From: Mycobacterium asiaticum
Lineage (GTDB): Bacteria > Actinomycetota > Actinomycetes > Mycobacteriales > Mycobacteriaceae
DNA length: 32,000 nucleotides
Assembly (NCBI RefSeq): GCF_001673315.1
Contig: NZ_LZLQ01000078.1
Coordinates: forward strand, 58,578-90,577
Reading direction: 5' to 3'
Under the pieces are notes generated by a model that was not told where the DNA came from, searched no databases, and worked only from the letters and a program-made list of their open reading frames with translations. Position numbers and translations under genes: made by a program. Numbering within the stretch: the first letter of the stretch is position 1; the number at the start of each line of letters is the position of its first letter. This document shows positions 6,818 to 14,070 of the stretch, one piece after another.

Positions 6818-7983
6818 CCCGCCAGTTCGCGAGCGATGGCGTCGAAGGCGCGCAGCGTATCGAGTGTGTGCGGTTCGTGCGAGTCCGGTTGGGCCGACAG
6901 TTTGGCGGCAACCATGTCCGCGGCTCGGTTCACGTAGATCATCTGACCGCACATCCCCATGCACAACATGACGTTGTTGCCCTGGTAGGGGAACCACATC
7001 TGGTTGCGGTACATCCCGCCCGGCATCTCGTTGTCGTCCGGACTGGCCGCGAATGCCTCACGCGAATCCGGGCCACCTTCCAACGTGTCGGCGATCCAAG
7101 CCGGCGGCACCACCTGAAAGTCTGTCAGCGATACGCCATCGCGCAGGAACAGCGACCCGAACCGGATCATGTCGGCAAGGCACGCGTTGACCCCGCCGTC
7201 GAACAGTCCGGTGCCCTCCGTATCGACGCCGATGGTGGCGTCAGCCTGGGCGCCGATGCGACTCCACAGCAGCTCCGACATCAGCTCGGGCATGCGTTGA
7301 GCGCCGGCCACCTCGCATATCCAGCCGAGTACGTCGGTTTCACATGACCGGTATTGAAACGGTCCGCCATGCGCCGACTCCTGCCGCAGGGTCAGCAGGA
7401 ACTCCTTCAGTGAGGAAGGGGAGTCCGGACTGCTCTTCGGCGCCCACCCGATCGCCTGGTCGAGGAGGTGAACCTCGGCGGCCGGGTCCCGGTAATTCTC
7501 GGAGAACGCGATACCTGACCTCATATCGAGGAGGTGGCGCACCGTCGCACCGTCGTATCCGCAGTTTCGCAGGGCGGGAACGTAATTCGTGACGGGCGCG
7601 TCGGGATCGATCAGCTTCGCCGCGTGCAAGGCGCCGACGACAGCGGCCACCAGCGATTTGCTCACCGAGAACAGCAAGTGGCGGGTCTGGGGTCCCAGCT
7701 CAGTGCAGTACTCCTCGGCCACCAGCGATCCGCGGTGGCAGACGGCCCAGCCGTCCGTCGCGGTGGTAGCCATCACCGTGCCAACAGTGGTTGTCACCCC
7801 GCCGGTGTTGGTCACCGCGATCTCGGCCAGGGGAGCCGTGGCTGCGGGCAAATCCGCGGCCGGCCCGGGCCCACGAGAAATGGTCGCGGTCGGCACCATG
7901 TCTTCGACGTGCTGAAAAGACCACTCCGCGTACGGTGCCGAAAACCAGTTGACCAGCGAGACGCCAGCCGGGACGCGAGTCAT
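6814..7983 (-). CDS. serine hydrolase, beta-lactamase-related (class C / esterase-like) family
   Basis: Track ORF 6814..8001(-), whose first codon is TTG. The ATG at 7983 (MTRVPAGVSL) sits 1 nt after the TGA stop (7985..7987) of the upstream ATP-grasp gene. The S-x-x-K nucleophile motif is LFSVSKSLVAAVVG. The length and composition fit the AmpC-like esterase or peptidase family. Confidence 0.8.
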   Translation of the reverse strand: MTRVPAGVSLVNWFSAPYAEWSFQHVEDMVPTATISRGPGPAADLPAATAPLAEIAVTNTGGVTTTVGTVMATTATDGWAVCHRGSLVAEEYCTELGPQTRHLLFSVSKSLVAAVVGALHAAKLIDPDAPVTNYVPALRNCGYDGATVRHLLDMRSGIAFSENYRDPAAEVHLLDQAIGWAPKSSPDSPSSLKEFLLTLRQESAHGGPFQYRSCETDVLGWICEVAGAQRMPELMSELLWSRIGAQADATIGVDTEGTGLFDGGVNACLADMIRFGSLFLRDGVSLTDFQVVPPAWIADTLEGGPDSREAFAASPDDNEMPGGMYRNQMWFPYQGNNVMLCMGMCGQMIYVNRAADMVAAKLSAQPDSHEPHTLDTLRAFDAIARELAG

Positions 7984-7984
7984 C

Positions 7985-9448
7985 TCACGCTCGCGCGACA
8001 AGGCGCGAGACGATCGGCGAGGCGGGCACCAGGGGAGTAGAGGCGAACTTCGCCTTCATGCCCTTCACCCATCGCCGGCACCGATCGGTGAGCTGATAAT
8101 CGTCGGTCTGCAGGTGGCCGCGGGTGACCAGCACCCCGAGTTGGGCGCCTTCCGAGCGCAAGTCACCGGGCGCGGCGACCCGCATGTAGAAGGCCTCAGA
8201 CCCGTCGAGCAGCGTTGCCCAGTCGTTCGCGGAACGGGCAAACGAGACGCGGCCTTCGTCATCGATCCGCCACACACCGGTGCGTGGCGTCGCGGTGAAC
8301 AGCTCCACCTCCGGCGACGTCTCGGTGATGATCGCCTGCCCCCACACTTCGTCTTCGCCGTAACCGCGCTCCCAGCGTGTGTTGATCTCTTCGATGTCGA
8401 GTTCGTACTCCACGTCCATGTACTCGAGGAGGTGGAAGAGAAACAGCGGCATGTCGGCATAGGCCTCGGTGGTCAGGTTCGTCATCGGACTGGCGCCGCT
8501 GAGCCGCGGGTTGACCTCGCCGAGGTAGAGCTCGCCGGAGTCCAGGTCGTGCAGGAGGTCCACCTCGAAGTAGCCGCGGTAACCCTCGCGGCTCAGCACG
8601 TCACCCAGCTTGCGCACCATTCCCCGAGCGGCGCGCGTCTGGTCCGGCGGCAGCACCTCACGCCAGATGTCATTGCCGCACCAGCTACCCCGGTGCGGAG
8701 TCAGTTCCGAATAACCAACGAGACTCGTCATCGCAGGTCCGATCACGGTGCCGTGCCGGGTGACGACGCCTTCGATGCACACCTCGACGTTGCGGATCCG
8801 CTTCATCACTTTGACTTCCTGCTGTCCGCTGAGGTCTGCAGCGTGCTCGTCCCAGTCGCGCTCACCGTGCACAAAGAAGGTGCCGCTGCCGGCGTTGCCG
8901 TAGGCGACGGAGATGACGAGGTCATCGCCGAGACCGGCATTCTCGGCGAGTGCGAGGAGTTCGTCGTAGGAACCGGCCCGTCCGATCGCGTGCGGCACGC
9001 TCGGTACGCCGGCCTCGTTGGCCAGTCGCGTCATGACGATTTTCGAGCCCAGGCGTTCACGCAGTTCCGCCGGTGGGTGCATCACCTCCAGACCAGCCTG
9101 CCGCGCCAGCGACTGGGTTTCGCTGTCCAACATCACGAAGCAAACTTTGCCGCCTGGCCCGCGGCCCGCGATGAATTCGAGGGTCTCGGAATCGGACAGG
9201 AGGTGGTTGCACACGTCGCCCATGGAGTCGAAGTCGAGGCGGTCGCGTCGCCGGGGGACGAACACGCGCGAATGCGTGCCCTCGAACGAGTCGAAGTAGG
9301 TCAGGTAGAAGAAGTTCCGTATCCACCGGTCAATACCCAGCAGGTTGAACGGGGTCGGGGAGATGAAGTACAGGGGAACGGTGTTGTTGTGAAAGAACGC
9401 GCGAACGTCCGACAGTCCGTTCAGTGGGCGGCGGGCCGCAGAGTCCAT
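7985..9448 (-). CDS. ATP-grasp domain protein (carboxylate-amine / peptide ligase-like)
   Basis: Track ORF 7985..9526(-). The central region, SKIVMTRLANEAGVPSVP...SYDEL...LVISVAYGNAGSGTFFV....EVKVMKRI....CIEGVV......GP...LVGY....PHRGSWCGND......GYRGYFEVDLLHD..SGELYLGEVNPRLSGA, has the ATP-grasp layout ending in E.NPR. Candidate starts are ATG 9448 (MDSAARRPL) or ATG 9466. Confidence 0.75.
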   Translation of the reverse strand: MDSAARRPLNGLSDVRAFFHNNTVPLYFISPTPFNLLGIDRWIRNFFYLTYFDSFEGTHSRVFVPRRRDRLDFDSMGDVCNHLLSDSETLEFIAGRGPGGKVCFVMLDSETQSLARQAGLEVMHPPAELRERLGSKIVMTRLANEAGVPSVPHAIGRAGSYDELLALAENAGLGDDLVISVAYGNAGSGTFFVHGERDWDEHAADLSGQQEVKVMKRIRNVEVCIEGVVTRHGTVIGPAMTSLVGYSELTPHRGSWCGNDIWREVLPPDQTRAARGMVRKLGDVLSREGYRGYFEVDLLHDLDSGELYLGEVNPRLSGASPMTNLTTEAYADMPLFLFHLLEYMDVEYELDIEEINTRWERGYGEDEVWGQAIITETSPEVELFTATPRTGVWRIDDEGRVSFARSANDWATLLDGSEAFYMRVAAPGDLRSEGAQLGVLVTRGHLQTDDYQLTDRCRRWVKGMKAKFASTPLVPASPIVSRLVARA

Positions 9449-9568
9449 TGCACAAGTTTGCGCCATGCCAGTGGCCGTGTCGTCTTTTCTGGCTCGACCG
9501 GTTGAGTATTGCGCTTTCAGCGCCACGTCGGATCAACTTGTCTATCGGTAGAGCAGGAGGTTCATCTG

Positions 9569-9883
9569 ATGGTCAAGCGAATTCTCGTCGTATCGGCTGC
9601 ATTGCTCGCCGTCACACTGACGAATACGGTGACTGCCCCTCCGGCCGCAGTCGCGGACACCTACTGCGGCAAGTCAAGTCGGGGAGCGTCGGTCTACGCC
9701 GGCAACTCGGAGACCTCCTGCGAATTTGCCCTCAGCACTGCGGAGGCGTACCACGCCTACGGAAAAGGCTCACAGCCGTTCGACGTGCAGAGTCCGGTTA
9801 CCGGCCAGACCTACTCCATGACCTGTACGGCCGCTGGCTCGGTGTGCCAGGGCGGCAACAATGCCCTGGTTTACCTGCGTTAG
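9569..9883 (+). CDS. small secreted Cys-containing protein (104 aa), unknown function
   Basis: AGGAGG lies 7 nt upstream of the ATG at 9569. MVKRILVVSAALLAVTLTNTVTAPPAAVA is a signal peptide. The mature part is about 75 aa with 4 Cys (YCGK, SCEF, MTCTA, VCQGG). GC3 is consistent with coding. Confidence 0.65.
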   Translation: MVKRILVVSAALLAVTLTNTVTAPPAAVADTYCGKSSRGASVYAGNSETSCEFALSTAEAYHAYGKGSQPFDVQSPVTGQTYSMTCTAAGSVCQGGNNALVYLR

Positions 9884-9961
9884 ACGCGCGCCAAGGCTTC
9901 GGCCGCGCTGATCGATGCGTGAAAGTGCAGCGATGGGGGATTATTCGGTCTGTCGATCGGC

Positions 9962-9973
9962 GTTACATGTAAC
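9962..9973. promoter_or_regulatory. perfect 12-bp palindrome GTTACATGTAAC, candidate antitoxin operator
   Basis: The sequence is self-complementary. It ends 8 nt upstream of the antitoxin ATG at 9982, the usual position for a type II TA autoregulatory operator. Confidence 0.45.
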
Positions 9974-9981
9974 ATGTTCGC

Positions 9982-10188
9982 ATGACAGTGCGACAGAGGG
10001 TCGGAGAGTACCGACGGCGGATGCGGGAGCGGGGCCTGCGGCCGCTGCAGGTCTGGGTGCCTGACGTTCGCACTGAGGGTTTCGCCGCCGAGGCTCATCG
10101 TCAAGCCGCGTTGATCGCATTAGCGGACGAAAGCACCGATGACCAGGACTTCATTGAGGCCCTCTCGACGCCGTGGGACGAGGAGTGA
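9982..10188 (+). CDS. mazE: type II antitoxin, DUF3018/MazE-like
   Basis: 68 aa: [46 protein letters not shown]...[14 protein letters not shown]. The pattern (R.YR.R.R..GLRP.Q.WVPD.R...F..EA.RQ) matches the DUF3018 antitoxin family, which pairs with MazF/PemK toxins. Its stop overlaps the toxin start in a GTGA. Confidence 0.75.
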   Translation: MTVRQRVGEYRRRMRERGLRPLQVWVPDVRTEGFAAEAHRQAALIALADESTDDQDFIEALSTPWDEE

Positions 10189-10517
10189 ACAGAGGGGAGA
10201 TCTGGACCGTAGCCGGCGGTGTTTACGCGACCAAACCCCGTCCCGCGGTGATTATTCAGGACGACCTCTTTGCTGCGACGAATTCCGTAACGGTTGCTCC
10301 CATGTCCAGAACGCTGCTGGATGCGCCATTGATGCGCATCCGCATAGGCGGCGGAGACGGCCGGTTATCCGGACTTGATCACGACAGTGACGTCATGATC
10401 GACAAGCTCACGACAGTCAAGAGGTCGAACGTCCAGTCCAGAGTCGGTCGGCTGACAGCGGAGCAAGTCGTGGAGGTCGAGCGAGCGATGATGGCATTCC
10501 TCGGCCTTGCGCGTTAA
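10185..10517 (+). CDS. mazF: type II toxin, PemK/MazF family endoribonuclease
   Basis: The GTG at 10185 overlaps the antitoxin TGA (10186..10188). [12 protein letters not shown]...[11 protein letters not shown]......VTVAPMS........R..I....SGL...[10 protein letters not shown]....V..RVGRL....V..VERAM..FLGL is the canonical PemK/MazF layout. Confidence 0.85.
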   Translation: MNRGEIWTVAGGVYATKPRPAVIIQDDLFAATNSVTVAPMSRTLLDAPLMRIRIGGGDGRLSGLDHDSDVMIDKLTTVKRSNVQSRVGRLTAEQVVEVERAMMAFLGLAR

Positions 10518-10624
10518 CCCGTTGTGCCACACCCCATTCGATAGGGCATATCCAGGTCGGTCGAATTCTCTCGTCACGCCTACCGCTGCTAACCTCGCCT
10601 CCCGCCACATGTGCGGCAGTTTCG

Positions 10625-10654
10625 CCTGGAAACACCTGGAAACACCTGGAAACA
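10625..10654. repeat. 3 x 10-bp direct repeat CCTGGAAACA with an overlapping hairpin
   Basis: cctggaaaca occurs three times in tandem. AACACCT (10641..10647) pairs with AGGTGTT (10656..10662) to form a 7-bp stem with an 8-nt loop. The element lies about 70 nt upstream of the bestrophin-family gene. Confidence 0.7.
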
Positions 10655-10728
10655 GAGGTGTTGCGTCAGACATCGAAATTTGGGAGTATCCGGCGGCGGT
10701 GCCCGTCCATCCCATCTACGCGAAATGA

Positions 10729-11595
10729 ATGATGATTCAATACGATTCGCACAAATGGCTCGACCACTTTTTTGACATCCGCGGGTCGCTGGTCCGGGAG
10801 ATCATCGGTCGAGTCTCCCTATGCGTCGCGTGGTCGGCGGCGGTTGTCGCCTTTCACAACTATGTCGCTCCGGTCGGCATGCCGATCCAGCTGCACACAC
10901 TGATGGGCCTCGCCCTCGGTCTCCTTCTGGTGTTCCGCACCAGCTCCAGCTATGACCGTTTCTGGGAGGGACGCAAACTGTGGGGAGGGATCGTGAACGA
11001 AACACGAAACCTCGTCCGGAGCGCCAGCGTCTACATGAAGGCGGATCCTGCGCTGGTCGCCCGACTCACCCGGTGGACGGCCGCCTTTCCTTGGACAACC
11101 ATGCACAGCTTGCGCGGCACCGAAGGCCGCTGGCCGCACATCACCGAGCTTCCGCCCGCCGAGGCACAGGAGGCGATGGACGCCCAGCATCCAGCTCTCG
11201 CTGTCGCCGCCAACATGTCCGATTGCCTCCGGGAGGCGCGGGAGCGCGACCTGATCTCAGACATCATGCTCACGTCGATGGACCAGAACATTCAACTCCT
11301 GGTCGACTACCTCGGCAGCTGCGAACGAATTAGCAAGACGCCCATGCCCTTTGCCTACGCCGTTCACCTGCGCCGGTCGCTGGTCCTCTATTGCTTCACG
11401 CTGCCATTCGCCATGGTCGAGACCTTCGGCTGGACGACCATTCTCGACGTCCTCATCATCGCCTACACCTTCTTCGGCATCGAGGAAATCGGCGTCGAGA
11501 TCGAGAGCCCCTTCGGACATGACGCGAACGACCTGCCTCTCGAGGACATCTGCGAAACGATCCACAAAAACGTCTACGCGCAGGCGGGCATTTAG
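10729..11595 (+). CDS. bestrophin-family (UPF0187/YneE) anion channel
   Basis: 288 aa. The motifs are W......F...GS.......R, LG.ALG.LLVFRT..SYDRFWEGRK.WG.IVN..RN and PF.Y..H......Y....PF, and the hydrophobic segments are typical of bacterial bestrophin homologs. Confidence 0.85.
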   Translation: MMIQYDSHKWLDHFFDIRGSLVREIIGRVSLCVAWSAAVVAFHNYVAPVGMPIQLHTLMGLALGLLLVFRTSSSYDRFWEGRKLWGGIVNETRNLVRSASVYMKADPALVARLTRWTAAFPWTTMHSLRGTEGRWPHITELPPAEAQEAMDAQHPALAVAANMSDCLREARERDLISDIMLTSMDQNIQLLVDYLGSCERISKTPMPFAYAVHLRRSLVLYCFTLPFAMVETFGWTTILDVLIIAYTFFGIEEIGVEIESPFGHDANDLPLEDICETIHKNVYAQAGI

Positions 11596-11883
11596 ACGAG
11601 GGGCGCCAAACGCCACTGACGACCGCGGCCCCAAAAAGTCGTTCGCCGGCTTGAGGCGATGGGCCTATCGCCGTGGCTGACGTTCCACGCCGCTCGCCGC
11701 TCATGGACCTCCTGGCAAGCCGAGGCGCGGTTGGCCAGACCACTACTTTGTGCTGTGACCGTTAGGGATCGTTACCGCAATCGCGATTTCGCGCTCGTAT
11801 CTTCGGACGTACGAGAATGCCCAACCTGAGCGCTCGACCCGCATTACGCCTGTAGGCGTCCGCAAGCCTTGGGGGACTGTGAC

Positions 11884-12129
11884 ATGACTACCGCTATCGG
11901 CGCGTACCACCCAATCGAGAAATACGCGGCTGACGAGTATGACGATTTCACCTCGGCGGTTGCCAGCATCAACGCAATCGGCGGCCGGAGGGACGACGTT
12001 GTCGTTGAATTCAAGCCATGGTGGCGACCCACCGAAGAAGAGATCGTGCGCGCGGCGATTACCGCAATTTTGATATCCCTCGTGGCCCTGATCGGCCTTG
12101 CGGCGTGCGCGATCTTGACGATGGGTTAG
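11884..12129 (+). CDS. small tail-anchored membrane protein (81 aa), hypothetical
   Basis: Track ORF 11869..12129 starts at TTG. I prefer the ATG at 11884, which is preceded by GGGGGA. The soluble N-terminal part is acidic and is followed by a single C-terminal TM helix (AAITAILISLVALIGLAACAILTM). GC3 is moderate to high. Confidence 0.5.
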   Translation: MTTAIGAYHPIEKYAADEYDDFTSAVASINAIGGRRDDVVVEFKPWWRPTEEEIVRAAITAILISLVALIGLAACAILTMG

Positions 12130-12144
12130 CAGCGCCTGAGCCTG

Positions 12145-12173
12145 GTTTCGCCTGCGGGCCGAAACGCTTTTCC
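12145..12173 (+). terminator. possible intrinsic terminator hairpin
   Basis: GTTTCG (12145..12150) pairs with CGAAAC (12160..12165) across a 9-nt loop, followed by GCTTTTCC. It lies 16 nt after the stop of the small membrane protein gene. The stem is short and the T-tract weak. Confidence 0.3.
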
Positions 12174-12207
12174 GGTGCGTCCCTTTCTTATCGGCAGAGA
12201 CCGCAGA

Positions 12208-12438
12208 TCAGGACGCGATGAACTCGAGCAGATCCTCGTTGAGGACATCCGCGTGCGTGGTGAGCATGCCGTGCGGGTAGCCGGCATAAGTCTTCAACGC
12301 GCCATTCCGGAGTAGGTCGACGGCTCGGGGAACCGAACTGGCAAACGGAACGATTTGATCGTCGTCGCCGTGCATGACCAGGACCGGGCGCCACTGAGAG
12401 CAATGGCCGAGACGATCGAGACGCGCACATTCTGTTTG
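12208..12438 (-). pseudogene. alpha/beta-hydrolase C-terminal stump (76 codons, no N-terminal part)
   Basis: This is a minus-strand frame not listed in the ORF track. It reads QTECARLDRLGHCSQWRPVLVMHGDDDQIVPFASSVPRAVDLLRNGALKTYAGYPHGMLTTHADVLNEDLLEFIAS, with the stop at 12208..12210. That is the classic C-terminus of esterase / non-haem haloperoxidase-type hydrolases, with the catalytic Asp in HGDDDQIVP and the catalytic His in PHGM. An in-frame stop at 12439..12441 cuts it off, and no nucleophile-elbow region lies upstream. Confidence 0.6.
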
Positions 12439-12491
12439 CTACCGGCCACACCGGTATTCGCTGGATAGGTGCTGCCGGATGAAGAACGCTC

Positions 12492-12770
12492 ATGCGGATC
12501 CAGCGGTCGTCTTACAAAACGTCGTACACTGTTGCGGTGGCTGACACGATCACCTTCAGGCCCGACGAAGACACATCGAAGGCGCTGGAGGTCCTGACAA
12601 AAGACGGAACCGCCGTGTCCGTAGCCGTTCGATCTGCTCTTATCGATGCCGCACGACGGAAGGCCGGCGCGGCGATCCGTGCCGAGGCGGAAAGGCTTGC
12701 CGAAGACGAGTCCGACCGCGCTGAGGCCATGCAGGTACTACGCGACATGGAGACGTTGCGTGCGTGGTGA
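12492..12770 (+). CDS. type II antitoxin, ribbon-helix-helix type (MazE-like partner of the downstream MazF)
   Basis: 92 aa. TITFRPDEDTSKALEVLTKDG...SVAVRSALIDAAR fits a beta-strand plus two helices, as in RHH antitoxins, followed by an acidic C-terminal tail (AEDESDRAEAMQVLRDME). It overlaps the toxin start by 11 nt. The true start may be the GTG at 12537. Confidence 0.7.
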   Translation: MRIQRSSYKTSYTVAVADTITFRPDEDTSKALEVLTKDGTAVSVAVRSALIDAARRKAGAAIRAEAERLAEDESDRAEAMQVLRDMETLRAW

Positions 12771-13071
12771 GGTCTTTCAGTTGCGTGCCCCGCGGGGGAG
12801 TCGCGGTCACGAACAGTCCGGTTCCCGCTACGCCGTAGTAGTCCAGTCAGATCAACTGCCCCTGTCGACGTGGCTGGTTGCACCAACATCTGCGTCGGCT
12901 CGTGCCGCGAGCTTTCGTCCCGAAGTTGAAATCGGCGGCGTGAACACCCGCGTGCTTGCCGAACAGGCCGCCGCAGTCGACCCGAGCCGACTCGGCACGA
13001 GCGTCGGGTTCCTAAGCTTCGATGAGATGCGCCGCGTTGATGCGGCACTGCGCATCGTCCTCGATCTATGA
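12760..13071 (+). CDS. mazF: type II toxin, MazF/PemK family endoribonuclease
   Basis: This is the C-terminal part of track ORF 12646..13071, starting at the GTG at 12760. VRGEVFQLRAPRGSRGHEQSGSRYAVVVQSD......LVAPTS.S....SFRPEV.I.G..T.VL.EQ..AVD..RLG...G.LS..EM..VD.AL..VLDL resembles mycobacterial MazF toxins (RGE.W...L.P..GSE....RPAVVV). Confidence 0.8.
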   Translation: MRGEVFQLRAPRGSRGHEQSGSRYAVVVQSDQLPLSTWLVAPTSASARAASFRPEVEIGGVNTRVLAEQAAAVDPSRLGTSVGFLSFDEMRRVDAALRIVLDL

Positions 13072-13210
13072 GCGTCGGACTCGCAGTCAACGACCTGAAG
13101 AGACCATAGACCTCGCCAAATCCCAATCACCGTGTCATCCAACAACGGGCCCTCTCAGTTCGGCCGGTATCGAAAACCGATGTACCACGGGGTAATACGG
13201 CATACTTAAC

Positions 13211-13238
13211 TTGACATAATGTCGCTTATCGGTAAATA
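13211..13238 (+). promoter_or_regulatory. sigma-70-like promoter candidate (TTGACA-16 nt-TAAATA) in an AT-rich patch
   Basis: A perfect -35 hexamer TTGACA lies at 13211..13216, and TAAATA lies 16 nt downstream at 13233..13238. CATAAT at 13214..13219 is an alternative -10. This is the only markedly AT-rich patch in a 590-bp gene-free interval. The direction and function are untested. Confidence 0.3.
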
Positions 13239-13460
13239 GCAGACCTGCGGTTATGTGCGCCGTGCGTACGCACGCCCAAGTTGACCATGCGTTTCCCCCA
13301 AATCACGCCTCGACGCGGGCCACGACGCGGTTGTCGTCCGGTCGATGCCCGGGCTGGCCGGGACCGCCGGCCATCTGTCGATTGCGGGGTGCGGCAGCAG
13401 TTCGGCCGCTCTTGCTCGACCCAAGCCTCACGAGCCGCGGAAGGCTCGCGGGCAACAAAA

Positions 13461-13539
13461 TGTCACTGTGACGGAATCGTCGTCCGCTACCCGACCGGAA
13501 GACCGCCCTGCCACGGGGCGGTGATTTGTCACTGTGACG
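13461..13539. promoter_or_regulatory. two identical copies of the palindrome-containing 13-mer TGTCACTGTGACG, 66 bp apart (candidate operator pair)
   Basis: The copies lie at 13461..13473 and 13527..13539. Each core, GTCAC-T-GTGAC, is a perfect inverted repeat. They sit 120-200 bp upstream of the DUF302 gene start (13660). Confidence 0.4.
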
Positions 13540-13659
13540 AATTGCGTTGCGCCACTGGGCTATTCGAGTTGCACACGCAGACGGCAATCGCGCGGATTAC
13601 CACAATCTTCGGAGGGTACCCAAGTCACGTACGGACGACGGGTTCGGCGGAAGGAAGCA

Positions 13660-14070
13660 ATGATGACACTCGCACTGGCAGCGGCCCTCGATGTTCCGTT
13701 CGATGAGGCGGTCGAGCGCACCCGGTCCGCGCTAGCCGAACAGGGTTTCGGAGTGTTGACCGAAATCGATGTCCAAGCCACGCTCAAGGCCAAGCTCGAC
13801 GAGCAGATCGAGCCCTACCTGATCCTGGGCGCCTGCAACCCCAACCTGGCCCACCGCGCCCTTGGAGTGAACCGCCAGATCGGCCTTCTACTGCCGTGCA
13901 ATGTCGTCGTACGGACCGACCCCGACGCGCCCGGCTCCACGCTCGTCGAGGCGATGAACCCGGACCTCATGGTCCAGGTCTCTGGCGAATCCGAACTCGA
14001 ACCAGTCGCCCGGGACGCCACGGAGAAACTCAGTGCCGCGATCAAAGCTCTGTCCGGAGGTGCACGATGA
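13660..14070 (+). CDS. DUF302 domain protein
   Basis: This is the C-terminal 136 aa of track ORF 13534..14070. GGAAGGA lies upstream of the ATG at 13660. F.EAVERTR.AL.EQGFGVLTEIDV.ATLK.KL.......YLILGACNP..A..AL......G.LLPCNVVV resembles the DUF302 family as I recall it. Confidence 0.8.
   Translation: MMTLALAAALDVPFDEAVERTRSALAEQGFGVLTEIDVQATLKAKLDEQIEPYLILGACNPNLAHRALGVNRQIGLLLPCNVVVRTDPDAPGSTLVEAMNPDLMVQVSGESELEPVARDATEKLSAAIKALSGGAR

Noticed and set aside
7949-9505. 518-aa ORF on the plus strand
   Set aside because: It is antisense to the ATP-grasp gene, which has clear family motifs. The product is low-complexity, rich in Arg, His and Val. This is a shadow ORF.
11456-11743. Minus-strand ORF with a strong AGGAGG-ATG context (MSGERRGTSATAIG...)
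   Set aside because: The product is extremely Arg-rich and runs antisense into the bestrophin gene. The good ribosome-binding site is probably fortuitous, although a short peptide cannot be excluded.
12188-12493. 101-aa minus-strand ORF
   Set aside because: The product is Arg/Pro/Cys-rich nonsense. The real coding signal in this interval is the hydrolase C-terminal stump in a different minus frame (12208..12438).
13072-13200. Possible N-terminal remnant of the truncated hydrolase (minus-frame MPYYPVVHRFSIPAELRGPVVG-stop)
   Set aside because: The resemblance to hydrolase N-termini rests on three or four residues only, which is too weak to call without a homology search.
13440-13620. Possible cobalamin riboswitch, because of a GCCACTG string at about 13551
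   Set aside because: Only that heptamer matches. I could not find the AAGGGAA / GGTG..AA.CC core elements or the expected paired regions. The downstream DUF302/DsbA genes are not B12-related.
13253-13706. 72-, 141- and 94-aa ORFs in the gene-free interval
   Set aside because: All are Arg/Pro/Cys-rich with no start context or motifs. I treat the interval as non-coding.
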